A stretch of 63,725 nt of DNA, counting the filler, from Octopus bimaculoides (lineage: Eukaryota), in the NCBI RefSeq assembly GCF_001194135.2. It is 4 parts of 4 records of this genome, joined end to end, with 100 filler letters (N's around TTAATTAATTAA, not from the genome) between each part and the next. Parts side by side here need not be neighbours in the genome. Positions count along the whole stretch, not along the records: positions 25,020 to 46,177 come from NC_068998.1; 3 more parts are not named here. One strand, written 5' to 3'. Numbering within the stretch: the stretch's first letter is position 1; each line of letters starts with the position of its first letter. The notes under the pieces are model-generated. The model made no database searches. It was not told where the DNA came from and was given only the letters and a program-made list of their open reading frames with translations. Shown piece after piece: positions 24,920 through 36,267 of the stretch. The position numbers and the translations under genes are program-made.

Positions 24920-25019
24920 NNNNNNNNNNNNNNNNNNNNNNNNNNNNNNNNNNNNNNNNNNNNTTAATTAATTAANNNNNNNNNNNNNNNNNNNNNNNNN
25001 NNNNNNNNNNNNNNNNNNN
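24920..25019. other. Artificial scaffold spacer 44N-TTAATTAATTAA-44N
   Basis: Identical 100-bp structure three times; the 12-mer has stops in all six frames. Confidence 0.95.
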
Positions 25020-25290
25020 CCTAGCTTCCCTTCTGGCAGATTGGTACAATTCCCTGCTACCACCGTTCTTCCAGTCCTTCCAAGCCTGTTTCTTTTGTCT
25101 AATAGCCCCGTCTACATCCTTGTTCCACCACCACGTTACTCTGGGTCGAGAGGAGACTTTACACCAGCCACAGATCTGGTCTGTGGCTCTCAACAGGTTG
25201 TCCCGCAGAAATCTCCAATTGTCTTCCACGTTGTATGATGCTATATCCCCTTCTATTTCGTCAAATGCTTCAAGTAACTTGTCTCTATAT
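25020..25290 (-). mobile_element. RTE LINE fragment (APE-RT linker)
   Basis: EDNWRFLRDNLLRATDQICGWCKVSSRPRVTWWWNKDVDGAIRQKKQAWKDWK..YQSARREAR has the WWN linker motif typical of RTE. Confidence 0.8.
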
Positions 25291-25369
25291 TTATTTATTT
25301 ATGTGTTTCAGCCAAGTGGCTGCGGTCATGCTGGTGCACATATATATATATATATAATATATATGCATA

Positions 25370-25760
25370 TACACATATATGTACATACTTACATATATAT
25401 GGGCACAGGACATCACAGAACGTAAACAACATGAAATACGAAATATGAAAACATGGAATACAAACTTTTTTTTTGCGAATAACAAAAGAAACAAATGGAA
25501 TACAAGACAAGCAACATAAAAAAAAAACAACCCTTCATCAGTTGTCAGCTGTTTTTCTACTCTGTATTTCGAGCAATTCATGACAATTTGACAAAACAGT
25601 TGCTCCTGCAAAGCAAATTAAATAAAATTTGAGATTTTGTGGAGGGTCAAAGTTGGTAACGAAAACAGGACAGTGAAAACAAACAGGAAGGCCTGCTAAG
25701 CCTAAACAAGGTGAGTTGGCGAATGCAGAGGAACAAGCTCTGACAGGAGACAGACAAGAA
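25370..25760 (-). mobile_element. Family E-related (TA)n-anchored repeat with a damaged permuted hammerhead-like motif
   Basis: Minus TTGTCA-TGAATTG-CTC-GAAATAC-N16-TGACAA-CTGATGA-AGGG at 25531-25586; the cleavage triplet is missing. Confidence 0.6.
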
Positions 25761-26052
25761 TGGATCTTATCCCTGCAGCTGATCAGATGGAAAGAAGGAA
25801 AGATAGCCGATGGTCACATGCAAGAAACAAGAGAGCAAAGGAGTAAGAGTGAGGGAGAGAGAGGGACAGACAGAGAACAGTGAAGGGGAGAGGAAAGAAT
25901 TAGAGAAAGGATGAGGGAGAAAAAAAATGAAAGGGGTAGAAAGAGAGATAAAAAGAATTAGAGAAAGGAAGAGAGAGGAAACGAAAGGGGAGAGAGAAAG
26001 AGAAAAAGGAAGAGAGAATAAGTGTTGTATCAAAATTATTAAGATAAAACTT

Positions 26053-26530
26053 ACTTGGAAACGGATGCGTGGCGTTCAATCATATAATAATATAAATAAT
26101 ATATATATATGCATATATACATAAATATAGATGTTTTCAATCTAGTTTGGATTCTTTGCCATCAAATTTGAATTCTTTGCCATCAAATTTGATGGCAAAG
26201 AATCCAAACTAGATCAAAAACATCTATATATGTACATACTTACATATATATGTATATACATATGCATATATGGGCACAGGGCATCACAGAATGTAAACAA
26301 CATGAAATACGAAATTCCAAAACTTGGAATACAAACTTTCTTTTTTCTTTTTTTCCGTATTTCATATTTCATGTTATTTTTGTATTTCCTGCTGTTTACA
26401 TTCTGTGACGTCCTGTGCCCATATATACATATGTATATACATATATATGTAAGTATGCACATATATGTATGTATATATATATATATTATTTATATTATTA
26501 TATGATTGAATGTCACACATCCATTTCCAA

Positions 26531-26533
<3 letters not shown>
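26053..26533. repeat. Nested inverted repeats: outer arms enclosing two hairpins
   Basis: Outer arms 26053-26108 and 26480-26533; hairpin 26126-26229; hairpin 26226-26312 with 26356-26466. Confidence 0.85.
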
Positions 26534-26563
<30 letters not shown>

Positions 26564-27094
26564 NNNNNNNNNNNNNNNNNNNNNNNNNNNNNNNNNNNNN
26601 NNNNNNNNNNNNNNNNNNNNNNNNNNNNNNNNNNNNNNNNNNNNNNNNNNNNNNNNNNNNNNNNNNNNNNNNNNNNNNNNNNNNNNNNNNNNNNNNNNNN
26701 NNNNNNNNNNNNNNNNNNNNNNNNNNNNNNNNNNNNNNNNNNNNNNNNNNNNNNNNNNNNNNNNNNNNNNNNNNNNNNNNNNNNNNNNNNNNNNNNNNNN
26801 NNNNNNNNNNNNNNNNNNNNNNNNNNNNNNNNNNNNNNNNNNNNNNNNNNNNNNNNNNNNNNNNNNNNNNNNNNNNNNNNNNNNNNNNNNNNNNNNNNNN
26901 NNNNNNNNNNNNNNNNNNNNNNNNNNNNNNNNNNNNNNNNNNNNNNNNNNNNNNNNNNNNNNNNNNNNNNNNNNNNNNNNNNNNNNNNNNNNNNNNNNNN
27001 NNNNNNNNNNNNATATATATATATATATACATACATATATATATATATACACATGCACATGTGTGTGTGTATGTATACATGCATATTGTGGGTG

Positions 27095-27160
27095 TCCCAA
27101 AAGTCAAACCATCCAACCCATGCCAGTATGAACAATGGGAGTTAAATAATGATGATGATA
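27095..27160 (+). mobile_element. RTE-type 3' tail fragment; similar tails at 28230-28335 (+), 29730-29790 (+) and 42765-42915 (-)
   Basis: ccaacccatgccag.atg.a.aa.gg..gttaaat(gat)n matches the tail of the RTE element ending at about 46025. Confidence 0.55.
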
Positions 27161-27767
27161 CATACATACATATGTACATACATACACATATAGTGAGAAT
27201 TTACAAAAAAAACAAAAGACAAAGATGGNNNNNNNNNNNNNNNNNNNNNNNNNNNNNNNNNNNNNNNNNNNNNNNNNNNNNNNNNNNNNNNNNNNNNNNN
27301 NNNNNNNNNNNNNNNNNNNNNNNNNNNNNNNNNNNNNNNNNNNNNNNNNNNNNNNNNNNNNNNNNNNNNNNNNNNNNNNNNNNNNNNNNNNNNNNNNNNN
27401 NNNNNNNNNNNNNNNNNNNNNNNNNNNNNNNNNNNNNNNNNNNNNNNNNNNNNNNNNNNNNNNNNNNNNNNNNNNNNNNNNNNNNNNNNNNNNNNNNNNN
27501 NNNNNNNNNNNNNNNNNNNNNNNNNNNNNNNNNNNNNNNNNNNNNNNNNNNNNNNNNNNNNNNNNNNNNNNNNNNNNNNNNNNNNNNNNNNNNNNNNNNN
27601 NNNNNNNNNNNNNNNNNNNNNNNNNNNNNNNNNNNNNNNNNNNNNNNNNNNNNNNNNNNNNNNNNNNNNNNNNNNNNNNNNNNNNNNNNNNNNNNNNNNN
27701 NNNNNNNNNNNNTATATATATATATATATATATATATAAAGGGGTTTGTATGATAGTGTATAGAGGA

Positions 27768-28110
27768 ATATATTATTCAAAAGAATTCCAACTCTGTCTG
27801 TTTTTTATGTTTTATTTATATTCTTATAATATTAATGTAGGATATAGAATATATAGTATATATAGTAAAATGAAATGAAGTATTGATTGTCTTATTGAAT
27901 AAGTGAAATATTGAATATTAAATATTAAAGGACTAGTATACTTTCTTGCATTTGAGCAGTCTTCAAGGTCCCAGGTTGTGACAGGAATCTTTCAATACTT
28001 TATTTCATTTTACTATATATACTATATATTCTATATCCTACATTAATATTATAAGAATATAAATAAAATATAAAAAACAGACAGAGTTGGAATTCTTTTG
28101 AATAATATAT
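27768..28110. repeat. Inverted repeat with ~118-bp arms (2 mismatches) and a 105-bp spacer
   Basis: 27768-27886 is the reverse complement of 27992-28110. Confidence 0.9.
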
Positions 28111-28339
28111 ATGTATATTATATACATGTATATATATACACACACACACACACATATTAATATATCTATGCATGTACATGCGCTTCTCCCTCAATCATAT
28201 TTTACCTTCTCAGCACCAGGCATAAAACCACGGTTCAGCACAGTCTTGCAGCTTACCAGATTCTGTCAAATCATCCAAACCATGGTATCATGGAAAACGG
28301 ATGTTAAATGATGATGATAATGATGGTAATGATGATGAT

Positions 28340-28477
28340 GCTTCTCAACAATTTGCTTCTAAGTTCAGTTCCAATGCATGGCACCTTGGGCAAGTATCTT
28401 CTATTATAGCCCTGAGCAAACAAAGCCTTGTCAGTGGATTTGGTAAACAGAAACTGAAAGAATCCCATTGTATATAT

Positions 28478-28478
<1 letters not shown>
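28340..28478 (+). mobile_element. SINE family A 5' part
   Basis: gttcagttccaatgcatggcaccttgggcaagtatcttctattatagcc..gtggatttggtaaacagaaactgaaaga. Confidence 0.8.
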
Positions 28479-28543
<65 letters not shown>

Positions 28544-29829
28544 ATGTGTGTGTTTTTACAGATCTAGTGATACAGGAATATCAAGATCCAAAACAGAGTA
28601 TAAAACTAGTATCCAGAAGAAAAAAATGTAAAATAAAAGAAAATATCTCTCAATTTTCAATAAAAGTAATAACAAACAACAGACAGGAAAGGAGAGACAA
28701 ATACAAACAAAATGAGCTCAAATATCAAATACACCTAAAATACGAGATCGATGCTTGCTAAATCAAAATCAAAAGAATCCATTGTCATTAAAAGTGATAA
28801 TGACTTCCTTTTTAACAAAACAAATAATTCAAATCATGATTTTATGAAGAACAAGGTGAAAATAAAATAGATATCTGTCAGTAAGAGATGAACTTTGCTG
28901 TAGAGTGTGGATTGTGAAACAAACATAGCACTTGATCAACTGTGGAAGGACGTATCAACTCAAGAAGTAGCTTAGACATTACAAACAAACAAAAAATTGA
29001 ACTGGACAGTACCAGGAAATTATAATGCCCCAACTTCAAATGAAATATTTGGCAGACACATAATGTGCTGCCAAAATTATTTAATAACCTACTGAAAGTG
29101 CTGGAAAAAAGCACCTGGACGGCTTATAGTTATTTTTGTAGAAAAAGAGATAGTTCCAAAATTTTTGTGAGGAATGAAGCACTCAACATTTCCGGTTGTT
29201 GCCCACTGTTTGAGAGGAGGGAAGAGAGAGACAGACAGACAGAATGGAGAGAGCATGGGGTGATGTAAGAGTGTCACAAGTCAGGAGTATGAGGTGAAAA
29301 ACAAATGAATTTGTTGGAACAAGAGAAGGAAAGACAGGAGCCAGTGCCTCGGACCAGGTAGGTGGAAGTGAAGAAGTAAAAGGAATGAAGTGGGGCAAAG
29401 TGCACGTACATCAGAAGGATACTAAAAATATTTAAGTAGAATGAGGGAGAAAACCTGAAAGCAGTGGATATGTGTAGTGCAAAGTGAACAAAAGAGAAGG
29501 GAGTTATGAATTTGAAAAAGGAAGTAAAGAGAGCTAAAGCTATAAGTGGGGTCCAGTTGGAGTTAATATGAAAATAAGGGTAAAAATGGTTCAGTATTAA
29601 CTAATGGTATCGACCACACATTCATAAGTAATACACACACACACACACACACGTGCACACACACACACACACACACACACATACATGATGGCAGCAAACT
29701 CGTGTTCAAATATTGCCATCGCCTGATCAAAAGTCCCACACATGGGAAGGACATCCAGCCATGAAAACCCTGTCAAAACAGACCTTCAATATATACATAT
29801 ATGTATGTTTGTGTACATATACATATATA

Positions 29830-29957
29830 GCAACGAGGAGGGAACCAGACTGCTGGAGTTCTGTGATGCAACCAATCTTATGGTCTGCAATACCAACTTC
29901 AGGAAACCTGCCAGTCACCTAGTCACCTACCGCTCCGGCAGACACTCTAGCCAAATC
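29830..29957 (+). mobile_element. RTE LINE fragment (APE C-terminus)
   Basis: NEEGTRLLEFCDATNLMVCNTNFRKPASHLVTYRSGRHSSQI, then an N-gap. Confidence 0.8.
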
Positions 29958-30417
29958 NNNNNNNNNNNNNNNNNNNNNNNNNNNNNNNNNNNNNNNNNNN
30001 NNNNNNNNNNNNNNNNNNNNNNNNNNNNNNNNNNNNNNNNNNNNNNNNNNNNNNNNNNNNNNNNNNNNNNNNNNNNNNNNNNNNNNNNNNNNNNNNNNNN
30101 NNNNNNNNNNNNNNNNNNNNNNNNNNNNNNNNNNNNNNNNNNNNNNNNNNNNNNNNNNNNNNNNNNNNNNNNNNNNNNNNNNNNNNATATATTTGTTGTT
30201 GTACTTGGGGACGGTCATATTGCCAGTTTAGCCAATAAAAACACATGCACTGTATATTTGGTGTTAATTTGCTTCAGCTTTATATTACATTAATCCTATT
30301 TCGGCCAGAGTTCTTTCGTCACACTTCTGTGACTTCATCAGTGGTCCTTTGCTTTCTTCTTTCTTATGTGTGTCTCACCTTGCTAACTATCAGCCATTGC
30401 AAAAATATATATATATA

Positions 30418-30796
30418 TTCTTTTATTCTTATATTCATTTAGTTGTTTCAGTCATCTGACTGCGGCCATGCTGGAGCACCACCTTTAGTCGAACAAATCG
30501 ACCCCACATCTTATTCTTTTTAGCCTAGTACTTATTCTATTAGTCTCTTTTGCCAAACCGCTAGGTTATGGGGATGTAAACACACCAACATCGGTTGTCA
30601 AGTGATGGTGAGGGGACAAAAACAAACACACAAATACACACACAATTATATACGACAGGCTTCTTTCAGTTTCCATCTACCAAATCTACTCACAAGGCCT
30701 GAGGCCGTAGTAGAAGACACTTACCCAAGGTGTCACGCAGTGGGACTAAACCCACAACCATGTGGTTGGGAAGCAAGCTTCTTACCACACAGCCAT
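30418..30796 (-). mobile_element. SINE family A, near full length
   Basis: Tail, body and head blocks align to the other family A copies. Confidence 0.88.
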
Positions 30797-31821
30797 ATAT
30801 AAATACATAAAGGAATTATGCGAGTGTACATCAGATTTACCAAATGTAGTGGTCAGATGCAAAGGGTCACCATATGCAATATATGAATGTAAAGTTCTCA
30901 TGTCTTGGGCACCAATCGTACCATACACATGAAAATTACTTGATGCAGAAATAGTGATTGTTGTTCCGCATTGGGTCACTACATGTAGATAGTCAGGAGT
31001 AGGATTAGACAGCATGATAACAGTATTGAAGAGAAAATGAATAAAATTCAACCATTTATTTGCCAGCAATGTTTAGTAAGACATTTATATTAGTAACTGA
31101 CAATGGTAATGAAATGTTAGCCACTCGCAGGTAGTGATAGTGTGGAAACTGTGCATTCTGCTGATAGAAAGGAAGAAAGAGTAAGGGTTATGTTGTCTCT
31201 TTCCATTCAGCCAATGCTGCGTGGGAAACCAACTGCTCCTGGCTGGAGGTCTGCCAACCAAAGATGACAAGAGATAGATGTGATCTCAGTTATATAGGGT
31301 ATGGCCAGGAAGTAGGTCAAACATAAAACAATGGACTGATCCTTCCATGACCAGCAAAGGTCTCTGGAGGTTAGGTGTTTCTCATTAATCTCCCAATATG
31401 GAGGTAAAACACAAAGGAATGAGATAGTTGGCTGACAAGCAACAAGTATGTAAATAAGGTTTGGAATCTCAGTTAGACTGAGCTAAGTGAGCTCCTATGT
31501 ATATATAGCTTGACAGTGCTCTTTACACATCAGCAAATGTATGATTTGTTATTCTAATATAAGAATTACCAACTCCTTATGGCTATGAACAATGGTTCTA
31601 TATAGATAGCTGATGAAACATATAATGTAGAAATGTATGTGTCTTACAGCCTGGTGACATCATTCATAGCCTTGTGGTGTGTCTACACCCACATTGTCTA
31701 CAATGAGACTTTCTTCTCTCAAAACAATTAGCGCAGTGTATTGACATTGTATGACCAAATGTACACAAACAGTGAATATGATTATTCAATTATACATAAT
31801 TGTACATAAGAAGCCGGTCAG

Positions 31822-31852
<31 letters not shown>

Positions 31853-31866
31853 TGCATGTATGTATG

Positions 31867-32933
31867 TCATTATTCAGTTTATTTCAAGATTTCTTGCCAA
31901 TAGAGAAAGAACCGGTTTCTAACCTAGATCCAAGATTCCTTCATTGGAATTTCAACATCAGCAACAGAGTATTTTGGTATGTATGTATGTATGTATGTAT
32001 GTATGTACGTATCATCATCATCATCATCATCGTTTNNNNNNNNNNGTATATATGCATGTATGTGTGTACATATGTGTGTATGTATGTATGTATGTATGTA
32101 TATATGTATGTACGTATGTATGTATGTATGTATGTATGTATGTATGTATGTATGTATGTACAGATTTGCCTGTTTTATGTATGTATTCTCATGCATATAG
32201 TTGTATATCTAGACATGCTCATATGTATTTAAATGATAAACTTCTGGAAAGTTTTACAGGTTTTTACAGTTCCAGTGATGGATTGGATCTGTAGTCTTTG
32301 AATTAGCTTTCTCCTTCTGGTTTTGAGAAGCCTAATTTCTCAAGATTAGTATTTAGGCAGTGTATTACATATCTCAGGGCCCCCAGTAATTACAGGCATA
32401 AACCTGAACTTGTAATCTGGATAGAGTAACTGCAGATTTCTCATAGTTCAGCATAGGTGTTCTCTTTTTCATTGATCTTCAGCTTTATGTTAACATCCGC
32501 TGGGCAGCTAATTTCTCTTCACTATCCAAAATCATTATATCAGGTCTGTTGTGCTTACATTTTATTGAGGTCTTCACTGGTACATTCCACCAGTATTCCT
32601 TTTTATTGTGAGTGGCTATGGCTTCTACCATATAGTAGGTTTTTATTTCTTTGTTCTCAGGATTATCCTTCTGATGGATTTCATTATAGAGTGTCCTAGC
32701 TACAACATCATGTCTCATCAGTAGATAATACCGTGATGACATTTTCGGACAACTGCTTATGATGTGGGTGATATCTTCGGTGTGAACTCCACAAAATCTG
32801 CATCGGCTGTCACATTTTACAGCTTTTCCTGCATCTCTATCCCTTTGATATTTTCTGTTCCTGTATTGCGAATGTATACCCTTCAAAGTGGGAGGTAGTA
32901 ATCTGGCTGTTTGTCCATGATTAACTGCTTTGA
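31867..32933 (-). mobile_element. R4/Dong-like retrotransposon, 5'-truncated (CCHC finger, restriction-like endonuclease, 3' UTR), flanked by (CATA)n
   Basis: CRFCGVHTEDITHIISSCPKMSSRYYLLMRHDVVARTLY..KHNRPDIMILD..; C-terminus ..TGTVKLFQKFII-like; microsatellites at 31823-31866 and 32934-32964. Confidence 0.85.
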
Positions 32934-33452
32934 TATGTATGCATGTATGTATGTATGTATGTATATAAAATTTATGCACAATATATGGATTTAACTAATC
33001 CAGTGGGACTCACAAAAAAGTTCCTTTAGTGGATCAGGCTAAAAACCACATAGTAAACCAAAATAAAGGGGTGTAATGTATAGTCCTATACAGTTGAAAT
33101 CCAGTAAATCCAATTATTAATGAATATTTCATTAGGAGTAATTAAAATATAAAGAAAGTGAGGAGGTATGAGATGAATATGTTTATTTCACCAGTTGCTA
33201 TGATGATGATCCTTTCGCAGCCATCATCATAGAAAAATAATTAATTTTATTGTATGATAAATTATTTTACATGTCTGTATTAACATATATGTTACAAATT
33301 GTATAGTACTATAGGGTAATATTGGTATATGTGTGGGTATATATGTGCATTGTCTATGTATGTATATATGTATATCTATATAGATATATCTATAAATGTA
33401 TCTGCTTGCAGATGTATATCGAATTACATATATGCGTATGTTGATGAATATG

Positions 33453-33491
<39 letters not shown>

Positions 33492-34836
33492 TACATTGAA
33501 AGTGAAATTCAATCTTGCTTGTTTGCTTGCAATGTTACACAGCCAAACTGGCACATAATGGAAAAATACTTTGAAAATAAAGTGCCCCTGCAATGTGAAT
33601 ACAAATGGTTATAAAACAAGTTTCACGTAAATCAGACCAGTGGTTATTGAGATATTTGGGATTTTGGGGTATAAATACCCAAAATGATACATAATGGGGA
33701 AAATACTCTGAAAATAACTTAACCCCGAAAGGGAAGAAACTCTAACCTTTCCATTAGACGCATTATGATGGGCAAAATATTTTAAAGTGAAAATGACTTT
33801 AAAAATACAGTAAATATTTCGTAAAAGACCTGCTCATAGCCTCAGTGTGAAATAGTTTTTTCCATAGGTTTCTCTCAAGTGCATTCAACATATCTCACCT
33901 CCAAAGATATGGCTGCTATTTGTAGCCCACCCTGCCACCACATAGCAGCTATTTGCGATAAAGGACCCGAAATACCTGTTATGTAGTAGCAGGGCATACA
34001 AGGAATAGCAGCCAAATCTTTCCTTTTCTGGGGAAAGGAGCTGTTTGCGCGTGATTTTGATGTCACATTTGTTGAAAGCATGCAAAATAACATGGAAAAG
34101 AAAAAAACCCACAAAACAAAACTCTGTTGCTGGGAAACTCAGACTTCCCGGTGACCCAACAGGTCACGAGTAGTCCAGCATATATATATAAATATATATA
34201 TATATATCCTCTAATTCCTTATGTACTTTGTACTTCTATATGTAAACCAGGTTGGCAAAATAACATAGTCTGCCATGAACACCTGTGCTTTGGTTCTTTC
34301 TTTCTTTTTCTTTCTTTTTTTGTCACTTTTGCTATGAATTAAATTAATGAATTCAACGGGATACACCGTCTGCAAGTAGTTGGGTTCAGCATATTATCCT
34401 CCATTTTCTAATTGTTATACAAATTTTGGGTAAAACCTCCACTTTTACCCGCTCCCACTGATTGCACCTAGTATAGCACTAGTGTAGCAATAATTGGGTA
34501 CCCTCCCAGCAGTATACTGGATAGATACTATCCCTTAGTGGGTTGAACCCCCNNNNNNNNNNNNNNNNNNNNNNNNNNNNNNNNNNNNNNNNNNNNNNNN
34601 NNNNNNNNNNNNNNNNNNNNNNNNNNNNNNNNNNNNNNNNNNNNNNNNNNNNNNNNNNNNNNNNNNNNNNNNNNNNNNNNNNNNNNNNNNNNNNNNNNNN
34701 NNNNNNNNNNNNNNNNNNNNNNNNNNNNNNNNNNNNNNNNNNNNNNNNNNNNNNNNNNNNNNNNNNNNNNNNNNNNNNNNNNNNNNNNNNNNNNNNNNNN
34801 NNNNNNNNNNNNNNNATTTAAAAGCAGCAGAAATAT

Positions 34837-34890
34837 AACAAAAGACTGTTACTCGGAGTTTCACATTCCCATTCATCAGACAGTTTTGTT
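34837..34890 (-). ncRNA. Candidate type I hammerhead ribozyme, core intact
   Basis: AACAAA-ACTGT-CTGATGA-ATG(GGAA)TGT-GAAA-CT(CCG)AG-TA/ACAGT-CT-TTTGTT; predicted GUA cleavage between 34850 and 34849. Confidence 0.65.
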
Positions 34891-34900
34891 TCCCATTTCT

Positions 34901-34954
34901 AACAAAACTGTCCAATGAACGGGAACGTGAAACTCCGAGTAACAGTCTTTTGTT
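34901..34954 (+). ncRNA. Type I hammerhead-like motif with mutated core (CCAATGA)
   Basis: Same stems as the minus copy; perfect stem II ACG(GGAA)CGT; continues about 100 nt to (TA)n at about 35051. Confidence 0.5.
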
Positions 34955-35051
34955 ATATTTCTGCTGCTTTTAAATAAAGCATATTACTCTACCTCTGGTA
35001 TTTGAGTACTCTTTTTTCCACCTTGTTGCACATTTTATGTGCTTACTCCGG

Positions 35052-35082
<31 letters not shown>

Positions 35083-35500
35083 GAGGAGTATTCCATTAAG
35101 AATGTATTAGAGTACAAAATAGAGCTCATTTACCCCTAGAGTTACCAGGTAGCCGGCAGTATTATGGTATACTACCAATTCTAGGTTGAGGCAATCCTCG
35201 AGTGTGAAGAATAAAAAGGAAAGAATAAATAGGGTCAAAAGGAAGAGGGAGTACGATTCAACAGCTATTTAATGACCACTACCCATGTTTCGATACAATG
35301 TGATGAGAAAATTCCAAGGGGTAACAACCGTGCCAAATATGCATTTTACAGATGGAACAGTGTATAAAAATTATAACTATTATTCTATTTCACTAAACCC
35401 ATCCTTTCTTGTCTCCACATCTGCATAGGGGTGTGTGTATGTGTGTATTTATGATGGAGTGTCATGTGTTTATATGGGTGGGAATGTGTTTGTCGATCGT

Positions 35501-35543
<43 letters not shown>

Positions 35544-35908
35544 GGGTGTGCATCTGTATATATGTACATATATACTTTATGTATATGTGTGTGTGTGTAT
35601 ATGTATGTGTGTGTGTGTATATGTATGTATGGCGATGCCCAGAGATGTAGTGGTATATCTGTGTGTGAGTGATTGTATAAGTATGAGCGTATGTGTGAGA
35701 GTATCTGTAAAATAACAAAATTTAGCATGTGCAGCCTAACATGTGAAGCAAAGTAAACAGACAATGTACACAATGCTGTCCATGTAGAGCATGTAGAGAC
35801 ATGCTCACGCTGAGCGGATTGAAACTGTCAGCATCTGCTAGATTCAAAGGAGCCAGTTGGATCTGATAGCATCAAAATCAAACATTCATTTATGGAGACA
35901 GTGATTAT

Positions 35909-36020
35909 ATATCACCTGAGGAGAAACAGCTAGGTCCTATTATACAGGTAAGCCATTGATTTAAATTTAAATCTTGTATATATGTGGATCTATGTTGTAT
36001 CGAAACATGTATGGTGGTCA
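35909..36020 (+). ncRNA. Type I hammerhead-like motif with long stem II and palindromic ACATGT stem III, probably inactivated
   Basis: CTGAGGA at 35916-35922; stem II GAAACAGCTAGGTCC with GGATCTATGTTGTATC, extended by TATACAGG with CTTGTATA; GAA-ACATGT-A/TGGTGGT; stem I is out of register by 2 nt. Confidence 0.45.
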
Positions 36021-36074
36021 TTAAACAGCTGTCGAATCATACTCCCTCTTCCTTTTGACCCTGTTTATTCTTTC

Positions 36075-36110
<36 letters not shown>

Positions 36111-36267
36111 NNNNNNNNNNNNNNNNNNNNNNNNNNNNNNNNNNNNNNNNNNNNNNNNNNNNNNNNNNNNNNNNNNNNNNNNNNNNNNNNNNNNNNNNNN
36201 NNNNNNNNNNNNNNNNNNNNNNNNNNNNNNNNNNNNNNNNNNNNNNNNNNNNNNNNNNNNNNNNNNN

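Larger units (their letters stand above)
34816..34976. repeat. Palindrome with 75-bp arms and a 10-nt loop, formed by two back-to-back hammerhead-bearing copies
   Basis: 34816-34890 is the reverse complement of 34901-34976 with 4 differences. Confidence 0.92.

Noticed and set aside
24964-24975. TTAATTAATTAA as a biological motif (PacI-like or piggyBac TTAA)
   Set aside because: It is embedded symmetrically in 44 N on each side three times, so it is an assembly linker.
28570-29180. A-rich stretch resembling a decayed retroelement ORF
   Set aside because: Multiple stops and no recognisable domain motif.
31905-31965. Hammerhead-like CAATGAAGG..AGAAACC in the R4-like 3' UTR (also about 52065-52105)
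   Set aside because: The core is non-canonical in both copies and no stem I or NUH could be assigned.
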